Part shown: in pieces, positions 52,241-64,000 of the stretch
Position numbering within the stretch: the first letter of the stretch is position 1
Layout: every line of letters begins with the position of its first letter
NCBI GenBank assembly: GCA_964016885.1
Contig: OZ024743.1
Coordinates: 77,252,001 to 77,316,000, forward strand
Source of the DNA: Eledone cirrhosa
Taxonomy: Eukaryota
Direction: 5' to 3'
Length of the DNA: 64,000 nt
The notes under the pieces: model-generated
Databases searched by the model: none
What the model was told of the DNA's origin: nothing
The model's input: only the letters and a program-made list of their open reading frames with translations
Position numbers and translations under genes: made by a program

Positions 52241-52779
52241 TAGTATAATTGATAAGTGACAATGGACACAGACTTCAATGTGCCAGGTACGGCACGGCCA
52301 TCTGGTCAGACTTGGCTCATAACAGGACCATGCAGTAACATGGCCCCACTATGGCATGGTGTGGTCAACAGGCGCATGGTGTGGTCAACAGGCCAGACCT
52401 CCCTCATAATGTGACAACCCAGCTCCTAAATTAGGGTTCTGATGTGAGCAGGGTATGGCATGGACAACTGGCCAGACCCTCCTGATAATGGTGCCACACA
52501 CTTCCACACTATAAACATGGTTAGTGTTAGGAAGGACATTCAGCTGTAAAAAACCCAGCCAAAATACAGTTCTGTCTGAGCAAGGTATGGTGTGGCCAAC
52601 TGACCATACTTGTCTCATGACGTGGGTGACCTGTCTAACCCATGCAAGCGTGTAAAAAGAAGTTAAACAGTGATGATATCATTTTAGAAGTGAAGAACCA
52701 CAAATCTTTAGCTGTACTTATGGAATATTTAGACTTGATTTTACTAACTTATACTCTTAGGAAATATATTCTTACTGTA

Positions 52780-53030
52780 ATCATCATCATCGCCATCATT
52801 ATCACCACCACCACCATCACCATTGCCATCATTATCACCATCACCACCACCACCATCACCATCACCGCCATCATCACCATCTCCACCACCACCATTACCA
52901 TCGCCACTACCATCACCATCATCACTATTTCCACCATCATCGTCACCATCGCCATCATTATCATCATCATCGCCACCATCGCCACCATCATCACCATCGC
53001 CACCACCACCACCACTACCATCATCATCAT
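52780..53030. repeat. (CAT/CAC)n low-complexity tract
   Basis: Mixed trinucleotide repeat. Confidence 0.9.
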
Positions 53031-54220
53031 TTTTTTTTTATAATCCATTTGAAGGGTGATGTGGGCAGTGCCCTAAAAAGTCTAAATTCTCCTAGTCTGA
53101 GAGAAAGGGACAGTTAGTTATATTAGCGGAGTTTGTGAGGAGAAATAATAAGAAGCAGATGAGAGAAATGGATTAGGTAGAAGGAACTTAGAGTTAGTTT
53201 GTTTGTTGTAAAGAATAACATAGAAAGAACACAGATCTGTTTTAGTCAACATTTGTTTAGTAGGCTGATAACTTTGTTTTTTTTATGTTCTGACAGTAGG
53301 GATCAATTCAGAATGTATGTGGTGAGAGCCCTATTGTAAATGTATCAGAAGTACTCTAAAGTAGGGAAACCTTACATCAGTTATAGAGGTTGAAGAATAT
53401 TATGAGCCTGAAAAGGAAATCCATATTCTGCAAAAATCCATATTCTGCAAAAAAGTCGTTAGAACATCAGATAGAATGCTTTGTGGTATTCATTTCCACT
53501 CGCTGCTTTCTGAGTTCAAATCCCACCGAGATCAACTTTGCCTTTCATCCTTTCGAGGTTGATAAAAAAAAGTACCAGTCTAATACTGGGGTCGATTCTT
53601 CCTCTATATCTCTTTCTCACTTTCTCACTCTCTTTATCTTTCTCTGGAAGAAATCTGCCCGGAGAGGGATGGGCTCCACCAGGTTTATAAAAACTGACCC
53701 TAGAAACACCATATATCAATATGGCGCCCCATCGACACCCTCGGGAGTTACAGAACCATGCATTGTTAAATATACAATCGCAACTTTATTTCTACACATT
53801 TGTACCATAATAGGTGAGCGAAGAATTTTAGCTTTTATCTCTGACAAATAAATAACTGATGTAGCAAGGAACAGAATCAAATGTTTTACTTATATTAATG
53901 TTAAGATATGTCTGCAGCGGGTGGTTTGGTTTATGTAGAAGTTGTCATAATTTTATCTGTTTTAACACCAAAAGAAATAATATTTAGGGTGTTACAAACA
54001 TTGATTTGCCTTCTTTCCACTTTTCTTCATCATCATCACCATTGTTTCTATGTCTGTTTTTCCACACTTGCATCGGTTGTACGGGTCGTTCTCAGCACAG
54101 TCTCTCCACTTGCTGCGTTTCTTTGTCATCTTGTCTGAGTCTCAGTGATTTGAGGTCAGCTCTCACCACTTCTAATCATTGAAAGAAGTTAAACATTGCT
54201 TACAATATTTTATTTTTCAG

Positions 54221-54319
54221 TCATTCCAGCTGCAACTGTTGTCTCCATCAGGAAATGCCATTCCAGCCCAAAACAAGGGAGCTGTCAGTCAAATAATCAA
54301 AGTCAACAATCCTCAGAAG
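54221..54319 (+). CDS. AP1G1: AP1G1 ear exon ([33 protein letters not shown])
   Basis: ttttcAG / GTatat; FQLQLLSPS motif. Confidence 0.96.
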
Positions 54320-54453
54320 GTATATAATCATCATCACCACCACCATTATTATTATGTCCACCACTTTTCCATGCTAGTATGAGTTGCACAAGTTTTTTTG
54401 GTGTCTACCCATACTTGAAATTCCTGTTGCTACCCCAAACTTTAAGTATGGTA

Positions 54454-55649
54454 TAAGGTGCATTCCAGAAGTTTTGAAACTTTTTTAGGAGAGACATTTA
54501 TTAATTTTGAAGGAGTACAAAAGTCTAATCTCCTTCTGAGTATGATCCCTTCACTTTAATGAACTTCTTGTAGGCCCCATGGAAGTCCTTCAAAGTAAAG
54601 GTGTCCAGAGTGCTCCAGCCATTTCATGTAGGCCCCATGGAAGTCCTTCAAAGTAAAGGTGTCCAGAGTGCTCCAGCCATTTCATGTAGGCCCCATGGAA
54701 GTCCTTCAAAGTAAAGGTGTCCAGAGTGCTCCAGCCATTTCATGTAGGCCCCATGGAAGTCCTTCAAAGTAAAGGTGTCCAGAGTGCTCCAGCCATTTCA
54801 TGTAGGCCCCATGGAAGTCCTTCAAAGTAAAGGTGTCCAGAGTGCTCCAGCCATTTCATGTAGGCCCCATGGAAGTCCTTCAAAGTGAAGGTGTCCAGAG
54901 TGCTCCAGCCATTTCATGTAGGCCCCATGGAAGTCCTTCAAAGTGAAGGTGTCCAGGATCCTTGTCACAGACAGTCCTTCATCTTCTCATTGTCTTCAAA
55001 ACGACTGCTCCTAAGGTTTTTCTTCAGCTTGGAGACCCACCAAAAGTCAGAGGGAGCAAGGTCTGTACTGTAGGGAGGGTAAGGGGACAGTGTTGATGCC
55101 TGTCTCTTTCTTTTCGTCACTGAGCTCCCTGAGAACAAACATTGCACAAATTATTCACATGTTCTGCTTATTATGAATAATTCTGTGTACAAGTTGTTAC
55201 ACTCGCTCTAAACTGTATGTTTAGATTTATAAATACAAGATGGTCTTCATCCAGATGTCCAGCTCGGATGTCCTTTTTCCTCTCACACATTTCAATCTCT
55301 CTCACTCCCTCTCTACCATGCTTGGCTCATTCAAGTTAATACATAAGTAGTCTGGAGCATCTCATGAGTTTCTGTAGCTTTGTTGCCCAGTTTAACACAA
55401 AACTTTGTGCAGCGAGCTTCTAAATTGTTTTCACTCCCGAGTACATTCTGTAAACTGGTCAGCTGTGACAGTGTTTAGTAGGAAGGGTTCAAAGTGTTAT
55501 TACAACCATCTCCTTTAATCTGGTATGACAAAAGTTGGCAGGTTAACTTACTAGATATATAGTCATGATATATTAAAATTACAATAATCTAGGACAGTTA
55601 TAACTGACTCTCCTTAAGAAAAGTCTTAAAACTTATGGAATTCACCCTG
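54454..55649 (-). mobile_element. Degenerate mariner element with internal 58-bp tandem array (54570-54958, about 6.7 copies)
   Basis: TIRs taaggtgcattccagaagttttgaaac / gtcttaaaacttatggaattcaccctg with TA flanks; PPYSTDLAPSDF (YSPDLAPSD motif). Confidence 0.82.
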
Positions 55650-55950
55650 TAAATATCATTCATCTTTGTTGAATTGGGGGTAGGGGTATATAATAAATGT
55701 AACAGCTGATTTAAATGCTATGGATCCATTCTGTTGGGATTTGACAGATCCTTAACACTGATGTATGTGTGAAGGATTTCATATTATATGATACTCTGAG
55801 TGGGAGTGAAGCACCAGTTTCAAATAGATATACTCTACTATATATATGTAGGTGGCTGTGTGGGTAGTAGTGGTGTATCTATGCATTCTTTATGTATGTA
55901 TAGATTGGGGGTAGGGTTTCAATCTTCTATATCTAAAATTTAAAGTATGT

Positions 55951-56315
55951 TTATGGAGGCACATGGCTTAGTGGCTAGAGCATTGGCCTTGTAATCGAAA
56001 GGTTGTGAGTTCAATTCTCAGACCAGGTGATGTGTTGTTTCCTTGAGCAAGACACTTTATTTCACATTGCTCCAGTTTACTCAGCTGTAGAAATGAAATG
56101 ATAGGACTGGGGTCCCTATCATTCCACTGCAAAAAAGCACCCAGCCCACACTGTAAAGTGGACGTGTAGGCGCCACGGAAAAAAAAGCCCCCAGCACTCA
56201 CTGTAAATGAGGTTGATGTTAGGAAGGGCATCCATCTGTAGAAATCGAGCCAGAATCAGTTCCCGTCCCACCCTTGCAAGCAGGGAAAGGCGAACGTAAA
56301 ATGATGATGATGATG
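55951..56315 (+). mobile_element. Composite SINE (same family as 22383-22772)
   Basis: Same head, central domain, core and tail. Confidence 0.85.
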
Positions 56316-56785
56316 AGATATATATATATATAGAGCGAGAGAGGTAGAACGCTGGAAGGTAATATCCGTAGTGGTAGAGCACTCAGTCCATGGGACGAGT
56401 TTGGTAGAAGCAATAACACAACAGTTACTTCCCTAACTGTTGTGTTACTACTTATATATATATATATATACTTCGTTTTTGAATTTGTTTTGCAAGAGTT
56501 CTTTTCTGAAAATGTGTGTTGAAACAAATAATGTTATACTTTGGGAGGGTCATGCTTTCAATGAAAACACATGCACCAGTTGGTTTTCACTTCAATTTAT
56601 TGTAAATTTCTGGTTGGTTGGTTCGATAACCAGATGGTTGTTTATATATTGTCAAATCTCTTTTTTCACATTCTGTGACCTCCTCAGTGACTGATTTCTT
56701 TGTGTCTCTCCTTTGTTCTGTCCTACACTATCTTGTTTTTGTGTGTAATATATAAATATTTTGTTTATCTTTTCATTAATTTCAG

Positions 56786-56887
56786 CAACCTCTTCGCATG
56801 CGTATCAAGCTTTCATATTCCCAGAATGGCAACACTGTTACTGAGATGGGTGAAGTTAGCAACTTTCCGGAAAATCTGTGGCAATGA
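56786..56887 (+). CDS. AP1G1: AP1G1 terminal coding exon (QPLRMRIKLSYSQNGNTVTEMGEVSNFPENLWQ*)
   Basis: tttcAG acceptor; LRMRIKL.Y and ..NFP...WQ C-terminus; TGA at 56885-56887. Confidence 0.96.
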   Translation, partial: QPLRMRIKLSYSQNGNTVTEMGEVSNFPENLWQ

Positions 56888-59110
56888 TATCATAATCCCT
56901 GAGATATCCCTGGCAGTTCCAACAGGTTACAGATCTCTGTCTGTCTATCTGTCTTTTTTCTCTCTCTCCCCCCTCACACTCTTTCCCTCTCTCCCTCTCC
57001 CTTCTCTCTCTCTCACCTCATTCTGCCTCATGAAAATACAGGCTTTTGCTTTCTATCTTACCTTGTCTTTTCCAATCAATTATGGACAGGAAAGAAACTG
57101 CACTCCATTAATTTCAGTGACTGGATTTTAAACAGCTTCAATCTTACTTTCACTTCTACTTTGTTTTTTTTTTTGTCTGTTCAATACCATCTCCTCCTTT
57201 GCTGATGTCAATAACCATCTAATACATAGCAACAATGTTGTAAAAAGAAATATCAACTACCAAGTCCTTTACTGATTTTCTGGAAGAAAATTTATATATA
57301 AGATATTGAGGTAATCATTATGTTACGAGTTTATTGATCAAATAAAGGCATGGTGTTGATTAAACCTAGCCCAGATATCCTTCCTCCCTATTCTCAACTT
57401 TTTATCATTTTTCTAAAGGGTATTAATATAATTAGCATGCCCTACCAACATATCTTTTTACAAACATCATACACACATACACCAACATGTACTTATGTAC
57501 ACACACACAATATATATATGACAACTATCAAGAAACATTTGTAGGTATGTAAATGAAAGAAAATATATTTAAGGTTGTAAAAACAAAATTATAATAATAA
57601 ATAAAAACCACATACTTTATCTAAAATGAAGTCGGCTAACATCAAGATTTCTCTGTAAATAATAATAATAATATTATATGCCTCCTCTTTGGCTGCTAAA
57701 GTGCTTGTATTATGAAATTATTGTCTTTTGCTGGGCAAACAAGAACTATTTCAATAAAGTTTCTTCCTCAATTTGGCTAGGAGCTTCTACCCTGTACTCT
57801 ATTGCAAAACACCTTCAAGCAAGTTAGTTTTGGTTATTATTGTTATATTATTCAGGTTTTATATTCCTATTAGTTGGTTTTTGTGTTTTAATACTTTTTT
57901 TTTTTGGTCTGTAGTAATTCTTTCTTTATATTTTGTTATAAATATGATGTTTACATCTTTTAATTTACCCTTTTGTTTCATTTATCAAGTTAAATCTATT
58001 TTAATTCATGAATTAAATCAAATATAATTTAATATTTTTTTTTTGGCTATTTTTGAATCTTTTTTTTTTATAGTTTAATTTTTTAAGTAAAAAAAAAAAT
58101 AATAATACTAGAATCTCCTATTCAAGCTTGAGGTATCGGCATCCATATGTCATGTGTGTTATAACATCCTTTTGTAAATTAATCTCCTGCTTGCTTGGAG
58201 AAATAATGTGAAATTATTATAACAGTGATTACAACTGGAAAATTTGATTTAAAAAAAACACAAAGAAACAAAGAAAGAAAATAGAGACTCATTAAATGGG
58301 AATTGGTGATTCAGATTGAGACATAAACTTTTCTATTGGAATTTTTGTTCATTCTATTCAATTTAACATCCAAAATTCACAGATAAACAAAAAGGGGAAG
58401 GCAAATTATTTAAAATAAAAAAATAAAAAAACAGTTTAGAAGAAAATTGCCATTAGCCCACAGGATGAAGTTCGTATAGATTATCAGTTGGATAAAGAAT
58501 TAGCAGTAACACTACTGCCATTTTCCTTCATCAATGGTCTGATATTTGATGTAGAGCTCAACTCTCTATTTGTTATTCAACATCTGTTCCTTCTACCATT
58601 TCCTTGTGTTGTCTACCATTACATTAAATAAAATCCTTTAAAGGTTTTCAAAAAAAAGAAAGAAAGAAAATAATAATAATAAAGAAATTTTAAAGAAAAT
58701 GCATAAAATTAAAGATATATAAAGACAAAATATATTGTAAAATTTCTATTGCAAGAAAGTATGAAATGGAAAACAATGAGATATCATATTTGTATATGAA
58801 AGGAATTATCCCAACTATGTTTATCACTTATTTCCCCCTTCCACAACCTGTTAGGTATGTTTAAACTGATTGTCAAATCTTCATATTGAAAAAATCAAAC
58901 CAAAAAGACATTAAAAAAAAAGAAGAAAAAAAAAACTCAATTAAGATGGGATCCTGTAGTTATTTGTTTCAAATTTTGGAAAAGGGAAATATACCTTTTA
59001 AAAGAATGAGAAAACACGAAGAATTGGAATTTTGATTATTAAATATCATTCCAAATGTGTTCTCACAACTAAAAAGTGTAATAAAGGTTTTAAAGTTGAA
59101 TTTATTTGTG
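56888..59110 (+). promoter_or_regulatory. Probable AP1G1 3'UTR with candidate poly(A) signals (AATAAA at 57753 and 59080)
   Basis: About 2.2 kb AU-rich, with no TE I could recognise. TGTA-AATAAA at 59077-59085 is followed by a GT/T-rich tract. The end point is inferred. Confidence 0.55.
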
Positions 59111-59144
59111 TTTGTTGTATTTCCAGTTGATCATACCAGTATAA

Positions 59145-59770
59145 CTTACCATTATCTCATTCTAACATACCATTATCGCATTCTAAATTACCATTATCGC
59201 ATTCTAACATACCATTATCTCATTCTAACATACCGTTATCTCATTCTAACATACCGTTATCTCATTCTAACATACCATTATCGCATTCTAACATACCATT
59301 ATCGCATTCTAAATTACCATTATCTCATTCTAACATACCGTTATCTCATTCTAACTTACCATTATCTCATTCTAAATTACCATTATCTCATTCTAACTTA
59401 CCATTATCTCATTCTAACATACCATTATCTCATTCTAAATTACCATTATCTCATTCTAAATTACCATTATCTCATTCTAAATTACCATTATCTCATTCTA
59501 ACTTACCATTATCTCATTCTAAATTACCATTATCTCATTCTAAATTACCATTATCTCATTCTAAATTACCATTATCTCATTCTAAATTACCATTATCTCA
59601 TTCTAAATTGCCATTATCTCATTCTAAATTGCCATTATCTCATTCTAAATTGCCATTATCTCATTCTAAATTACCATTATCTCATTCTAAATTACCATTA
59701 TCTCATTCTAACATGCCATTATCTCAGTGTAACTTACCATTATCTTATTATAACATACCATTATCTCATT
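59145..59770. repeat. 21-bp minisatellite (about 29 copies)
   Basis: Unit ttaccattatctcattctaaa. Confidence 0.93.
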
Positions 59771-60879
59771 TTTACCATTTTTACCCCCCTGTTCATTAAA
59801 TTTTGCTATTCTATCCCCAGCAAAATTTTATTTTAACATAACATTCCTGCAACAATTTTCTTTATATATTGAAAAACATTATACATGACAAAAAAAGTAC
59901 ATTACTAGAAATCCCATATGTTATAAAATAAATAGGATGAGTTGGGGTCTCAATATGTAAACTTAACTAATCCTGGGTTTTAAAAGGAGTCAAAGGAGAC
60001 AACCTAGAGGGAGGGACCCTCAGCTGTGTCAAAGATATGACAACCTTCCCTGTGTATTTGGTAGAATGTAAGACTGTACATAAGCAAGACAACAGATCCA
60101 TGGCTTGTCTGGGAGAACAATAGCCACCACATCAGTACTGACTTGGTCTATGTAGACCCATCCAACCCTAGCTCACAGGGATAGTGTACATTAAATGACA
60201 ATGATAATGATGAAATATTGAACTTCTGAAAGCTGATATTATCTGTAATATAATATTGAGATTTCAATCGAAGATTTGTATTTAAATTTGAACACTTTAA
60301 TAGAGGTACTTTTGGACAGTTGGTATTTAAAGAGTGGAATTATGCTGTCTAGTGTTGCTGAAGAATGTTTGGTACTATTTATTATTAGTATGTTCTATGA
60401 AGAACTATGTTTGGAATTTGGAATTGTTTAGAGTTGCTATGAGAGGAATTAATTGGGATATCATTACTAAAGAATACTTTGTGAAAATTTTAATAATTTA
60501 TTCACTATTTTAAACATTTGAGTTACATAAAAAAAACACATTTAAGAATGTCACATGATAAACCCTTGATATTTAGCACTTGAAATAAATAAAATATAAT
60601 GGTATGTTTAAGATGGTTAAGACAATGTGAGATCGATGGTAACATGAAGGCAACAAAGGTTTGTTACTGGTATTTATTATTTTTATCTTTTTTTTTCTTT
60701 TTTTTCGTCCTAATATTTCAGGACTTAAAAATCCCTTCCTTGGAGTATGGGGAACTCTCAGAACAAACGTTCCAGTCTTATCACTTTGACATTTGATTTA
60801 AATTAATACTGTTATGAGGAATAGAAGAGAAATGAAGATGGTGACCTATGAGGAGATTTTTAAAAGAAATAGAGAGAAA

Positions 60880-61110
60880 TTGATGTCCAAACTAGTATGC
60901 ACTGCCTCCAATTTACCCTCCACCTCTTGGTCCCAGTGGACATCATGGAGAATATATTGCCCTGGACGACAGCGAGGGAACAACCACTCCACCTCATGGG
61001 GCTCACACCTGTGGATGGCCAACTCTACTCCAATAGCAGTAAGTAGAGATGTGGTCTGGGAGCCCAAGAACGCTGGAAGTCTCCACTACAGGTTCTACCA
61101 TAGATTGTAG
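60880..61110 (-). mobile_element. CRE-clade LINE 3' remnant
   Basis: Reverse complement resembles 20560-20660 (ETS.VLG..TTSLLTAIGVEL). Confidence 0.6.
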
Positions 61111-61177
61111 GAATTTGGATTTGAAGTGAAATTATAGAAAACAATTTCAAAGAATTGCTACTTCTATTGATTACAAA

Positions 61178-61400
61178 TAATAATGGTTTCTTATGTAGGC
61201 ACAAGGCCAGCAATTTTGGGGGAGGGGGAAAGTCGATTAAATCGGCCCCAGTGCATGACTGGTACTTTATTTTATCGACCCCGTAAGTATGAAAGGCAAA
61301 GTTAACCTCGGTGGGATTTGAACTCGGATCATAAAGGGACGTAACTCTATGCTGCAAATCATGGCGTCGGACCCTCTACCGATACTGCCAATCTACCACC
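61178..61400 (-). mobile_element. Full-length SINE family A
   Basis: ggtggtagattggcagtatcggtagaggg head, gagttcaaatccc B-box, (ATT) tail; another copy at about 63565-63828 with a nested RTE tail. Confidence 0.85.
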
Positions 61401-61609
61401 TTGATTACAAATAATAACAATAATAGATGCTCTGTCAATGAGATGGTTTATATATCATCATTATCAGTTAACGTCCATTTTCCCTGCTGGCAACTGTTCC
61501 ATCATCAATATTTTAACATTTTATGTCTGTTTTCTATACTGGTATGGGTTGAATGTTACATTCTGAGACTAGATATGTCAGATGACAACATTGTGTTCAT
61601 ACATTTCAT

Positions 61610-62055
61610 TTTTGCATGGTTTCTACAGCTAGATGTTTTTCCTAATGTCAACTATATTACAATGTAGACTGGGTACATTATGTTGCGACACCAGCACTAC
61701 CACTTTACACTGTAGACTGGCTACATTTTATTGTGTCATCAACACTACCACTTTACAATGTAGACTGGGTACATTATGTTGTGACACCAGCACTTTACAG
61801 TGTTCTTGGTACATTTTATTGTGACACCAGCACTACCACTTTGCAGTGTAGACTGGGTACATTTTATTGTGACACCAGTACTACCACTTTACAGTGTAGA
61901 CTGGGTACATTTTATTGTGACACCAGTACTACCACTTTACAGTGTAGACTGGGTTCATTTTATTGTGACACCAGTACTACCACTTTACAGTATAGACTGG
62001 GTACATTTTATTGTGACATCAGCACTACCACTTTACAGTGTACTGGGTACATTCA
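61610..62055 (-). repeat. 48-bp tandem array (about 8 copies) from the SINE/LINE core
   Basis: Unit gtagactgggtacattttattgtgacaccagtactaccactttacagt. Confidence 0.88.
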
Positions 62056-62279
62056 GTCTCACTGAATATTTTTAGTTGTGAACATGTCACAGGCACATCA
62101 GCAACCAGAGCAAAAGTTTTAATGGATTTACCACGCATACCCTGGCCATTGTAACACCTTCACAGTTTAAATACTGTTTATTATATGTAAATGAGTGTGA
62201 ATCAGTCTTCTTTTTGCTCTTGCTTGATGAAACTAGGGTCATCATAGGTCAGTGATCCCAGAGACATCATCAGGTGTAG

Positions 62280-63000
62280 AATCGACCAGTTCCCCAGTGC
62301 CCTCTATTACTGTCAGTACTGTGCCAGCCTCTCTACATCCTCCAAAGTGATCTTCCTTGATGACATCCAGTTATCTGGTACAGGGCTTACCATGGGGCCT
62401 CTTCCAGCCTGTAGTTGCTGTGTTGAATGAGAGTAAGGCCTTGGTAGAATGATCTGGTGGAAGGCAGAGGACCACTGCATGCAGCAGATGGCTATGAGGC
62501 GCAAGGCTGTGGGCATCTCTTTGTTGGAAATGTGGTAGTCCCATTTGATGTTCTCGATGGTCCTCAGGGCTCTGCTGTCGATCCTCTTTGCCAGGATCTT
62601 TATGGGGAGTCATTAAAAAATCCTCTAAGGTGGTTGATGTTAGGAAGGGTATCTGGCCATCGACATAGGAAGTGTATGAACCTGACACTTCCACATAGGC
62701 ATCATACAGTCGACATTCATAAAGTGAAACCTTTTGATATCAACAGAGTTAAGTAGCTCCCTGAACTTCTTCCATCTTGTCTTTATTCTAACTACTATGC
62801 TCTCAGTGCTACCTCCTCCACTGTTAATTAGATCACCTAAGTAGCAGAAGCTATCAACCACTTCTATAGATCCTTCCTGGGATTGGAAAAAGTTTATTTC
62901 ACTGATTCTCTTACTAACAACTTTCCCTGTACATCTGTCACATACAATGTTTCCCTTGTCAGTTAATCTACCTACTATCTTACTACACCTGTTGTGCACC
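62280..63000 (-). mobile_element. RTE LINE fragments
   Basis: HNRCS..CDRC, FCYLGDLI.SGGG, RWKKFRELL. Confidence 0.75.
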
Positions 63001-63003
63001 CAA

Positions 63004-63359
63004 TACTCTTGAGTCCCAAATCATGGGGGGTGGGGGAGAAGTGGGTGGGGTTGGAATAAATGGCGGGAGGGGTGGAAAATCGGTAATTTTTCTAGGTTGT
63101 TTCCATTGATTTTTTTTTAGTTTACATATTGAGACCCCAACCCATCCTATTTATTTATAACATATGGGATTTCTAGTAATGTACAATTTTTTTTGTCATG
63201 TATAATGTTTTTTTAATGTCTAAAGAGAGTTGTCGCAGGAATGCTACCTTTTAGAATAAAATTTTGTTGGAGATTGATTAGCAACATTTGATGAGGGGGG
63301 AAGGGGGTCTGAAAACTGAACAAGCAGGAGTGGGGGTGGTTATTGAAGACCCAAGAGTA
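63004..63359. mobile_element. TA-flanked MITE
   Basis: tactcttgagtc ... gacccaagagta inverted ends. Confidence 0.65.
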
Positions 63360-63524
63360 CATATAGTTCCTCTACCTACTTTTCTACATATCAAGCAGGG
63401 TCACTTCCTTGCCCCTTTTTCTTATTTGAGAAGAAAGTGCAATGTTTATAAACTTTTCATGCAAGAAAAACTTTAATGCCTGAATGAATGGAATGCTCAG
63501 TCACTTACTGGTTAGTTTCATGGA

Positions 63525-63563
<39 letters not shown>

Positions 63564-63839
63564 GCTTAAGGCCAGCAATTTGAACGGGAGGGGAAAGTCG
63601 ATTAAATCGACCCCAGTGCATTACTGGAACTTTATTTATCGACCCCATAAGGATGAAAGGCAAAGCTAACCTCAGCGGGGTTTGAATTCAGAACGTCAAG
63701 GGCCGTAACTCTATGCTACAAAGTAGGGTGTCCAACGTCATCATCATCATCATCATCGTTTAACATCTATCTTCCACACTAGCATGGGTTAGACCAACAC
63801 TCTACTGATACTGCCAATCTACCACCCTACACACATATA

Positions 63840-64000
63840 GTAATGAAAATTGTGTAGTGCTCAGGTGTATCCATACCCAGGGAAGCAAGGCATTCAAAGT
63901 AAGGTAGATCCCTGATGGAGGGTACTCGTTTCGTTGCACGTCTCTGAACAGTTTCCAGGAGATCAATATTCTGAGCAAGATAAAGGTTCCAGACTGATGA
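63840..64000 (-). mobile_element. CR1/L2-type LINE fragment (runs off window)
   Basis: DLLETVQRRATKRVPSIRDLPY; tail shared with 49740-49800. Confidence 0.7.

Larger units (their letters stand above)
4653..56887 (+). other. AP1G1: AP-1 complex subunit gamma-1 gene model (partial; last 15 coding exons, 5' exons upstream of window)
   Basis: Exons 4653-4733, 6896-6994, 15759-15814, 16846-16959, 17859-17999, 19907-19961, 36558-36770, 39501-39631, 44196-44300, 45830-45965, 47133-47283, 50128-50208, 51344-51504, 54221-54319 and 56786-56887 join in frame through GT-AG introns (1725 nt). The product follows gamma-adaptin trunk, hinge and GAE ear. Confidence 0.96.

Noticed and set aside
51543-52259. 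Three overlapping long + strand ORFs
   Set aside because: Antisense of an RTE tail plus the 20-bp array.
52642-53059. Poly-T/I, poly-P/S and poly-M/V ORFs (also poly-His at 44409-44627)
   Set aside because: Trinucleotide low-complexity tracts.
59057-59836. 259-aa ORF (YHYLILN)n
   Set aside because: Artefact of the 21-bp minisatellite; no ATG start or splice context.

Overview
Eukaryotic, AT-rich, repeat-dense genomic DNA. The repeat repertoire (tRNA-headed SINEs, RTE LINEs with (GAT)n tails) suggests an octopod cephalopod, but that is an inference. One host gene spans almost the whole window on the + strand: the last 15 coding exons of AP-1 complex subunit gamma-1 (AP1G1), from [11 protein letters not shown] (4653) to the stop at 56887. 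All junctions are GT-AG and phase-consistent, giving 574 aa in the window; the 5' exons lie upstream. A long TE-free 3'UTR follows. The introns hold a young 5'-truncated Tx1/L1-type LINE with a 31-bp target-site duplication, CRE-, RTE- and CR1-type LINE remnants, Tigger/mariner/hAT/piggyBac-like DNA elements, a probable Helitron derivative, SINEs and more than 12 tandem arrays, including an 11.6-kb 35-bp satellite. There is no CRISPR or prokaryotic system, and I found no new protein-coding system. The most unusual signals are: (i) many tandem arrays are amplified pieces of the adjacent transposon, three of them at SINE 5' heads (Pol III A-box); (ii) fold-back hairpins, one of which inactivated the Tx1 ORF; (iii) modular sharing of 3' ends between LINEs and SINEs; (iv) a twin-priming-like inverted RTE copy.
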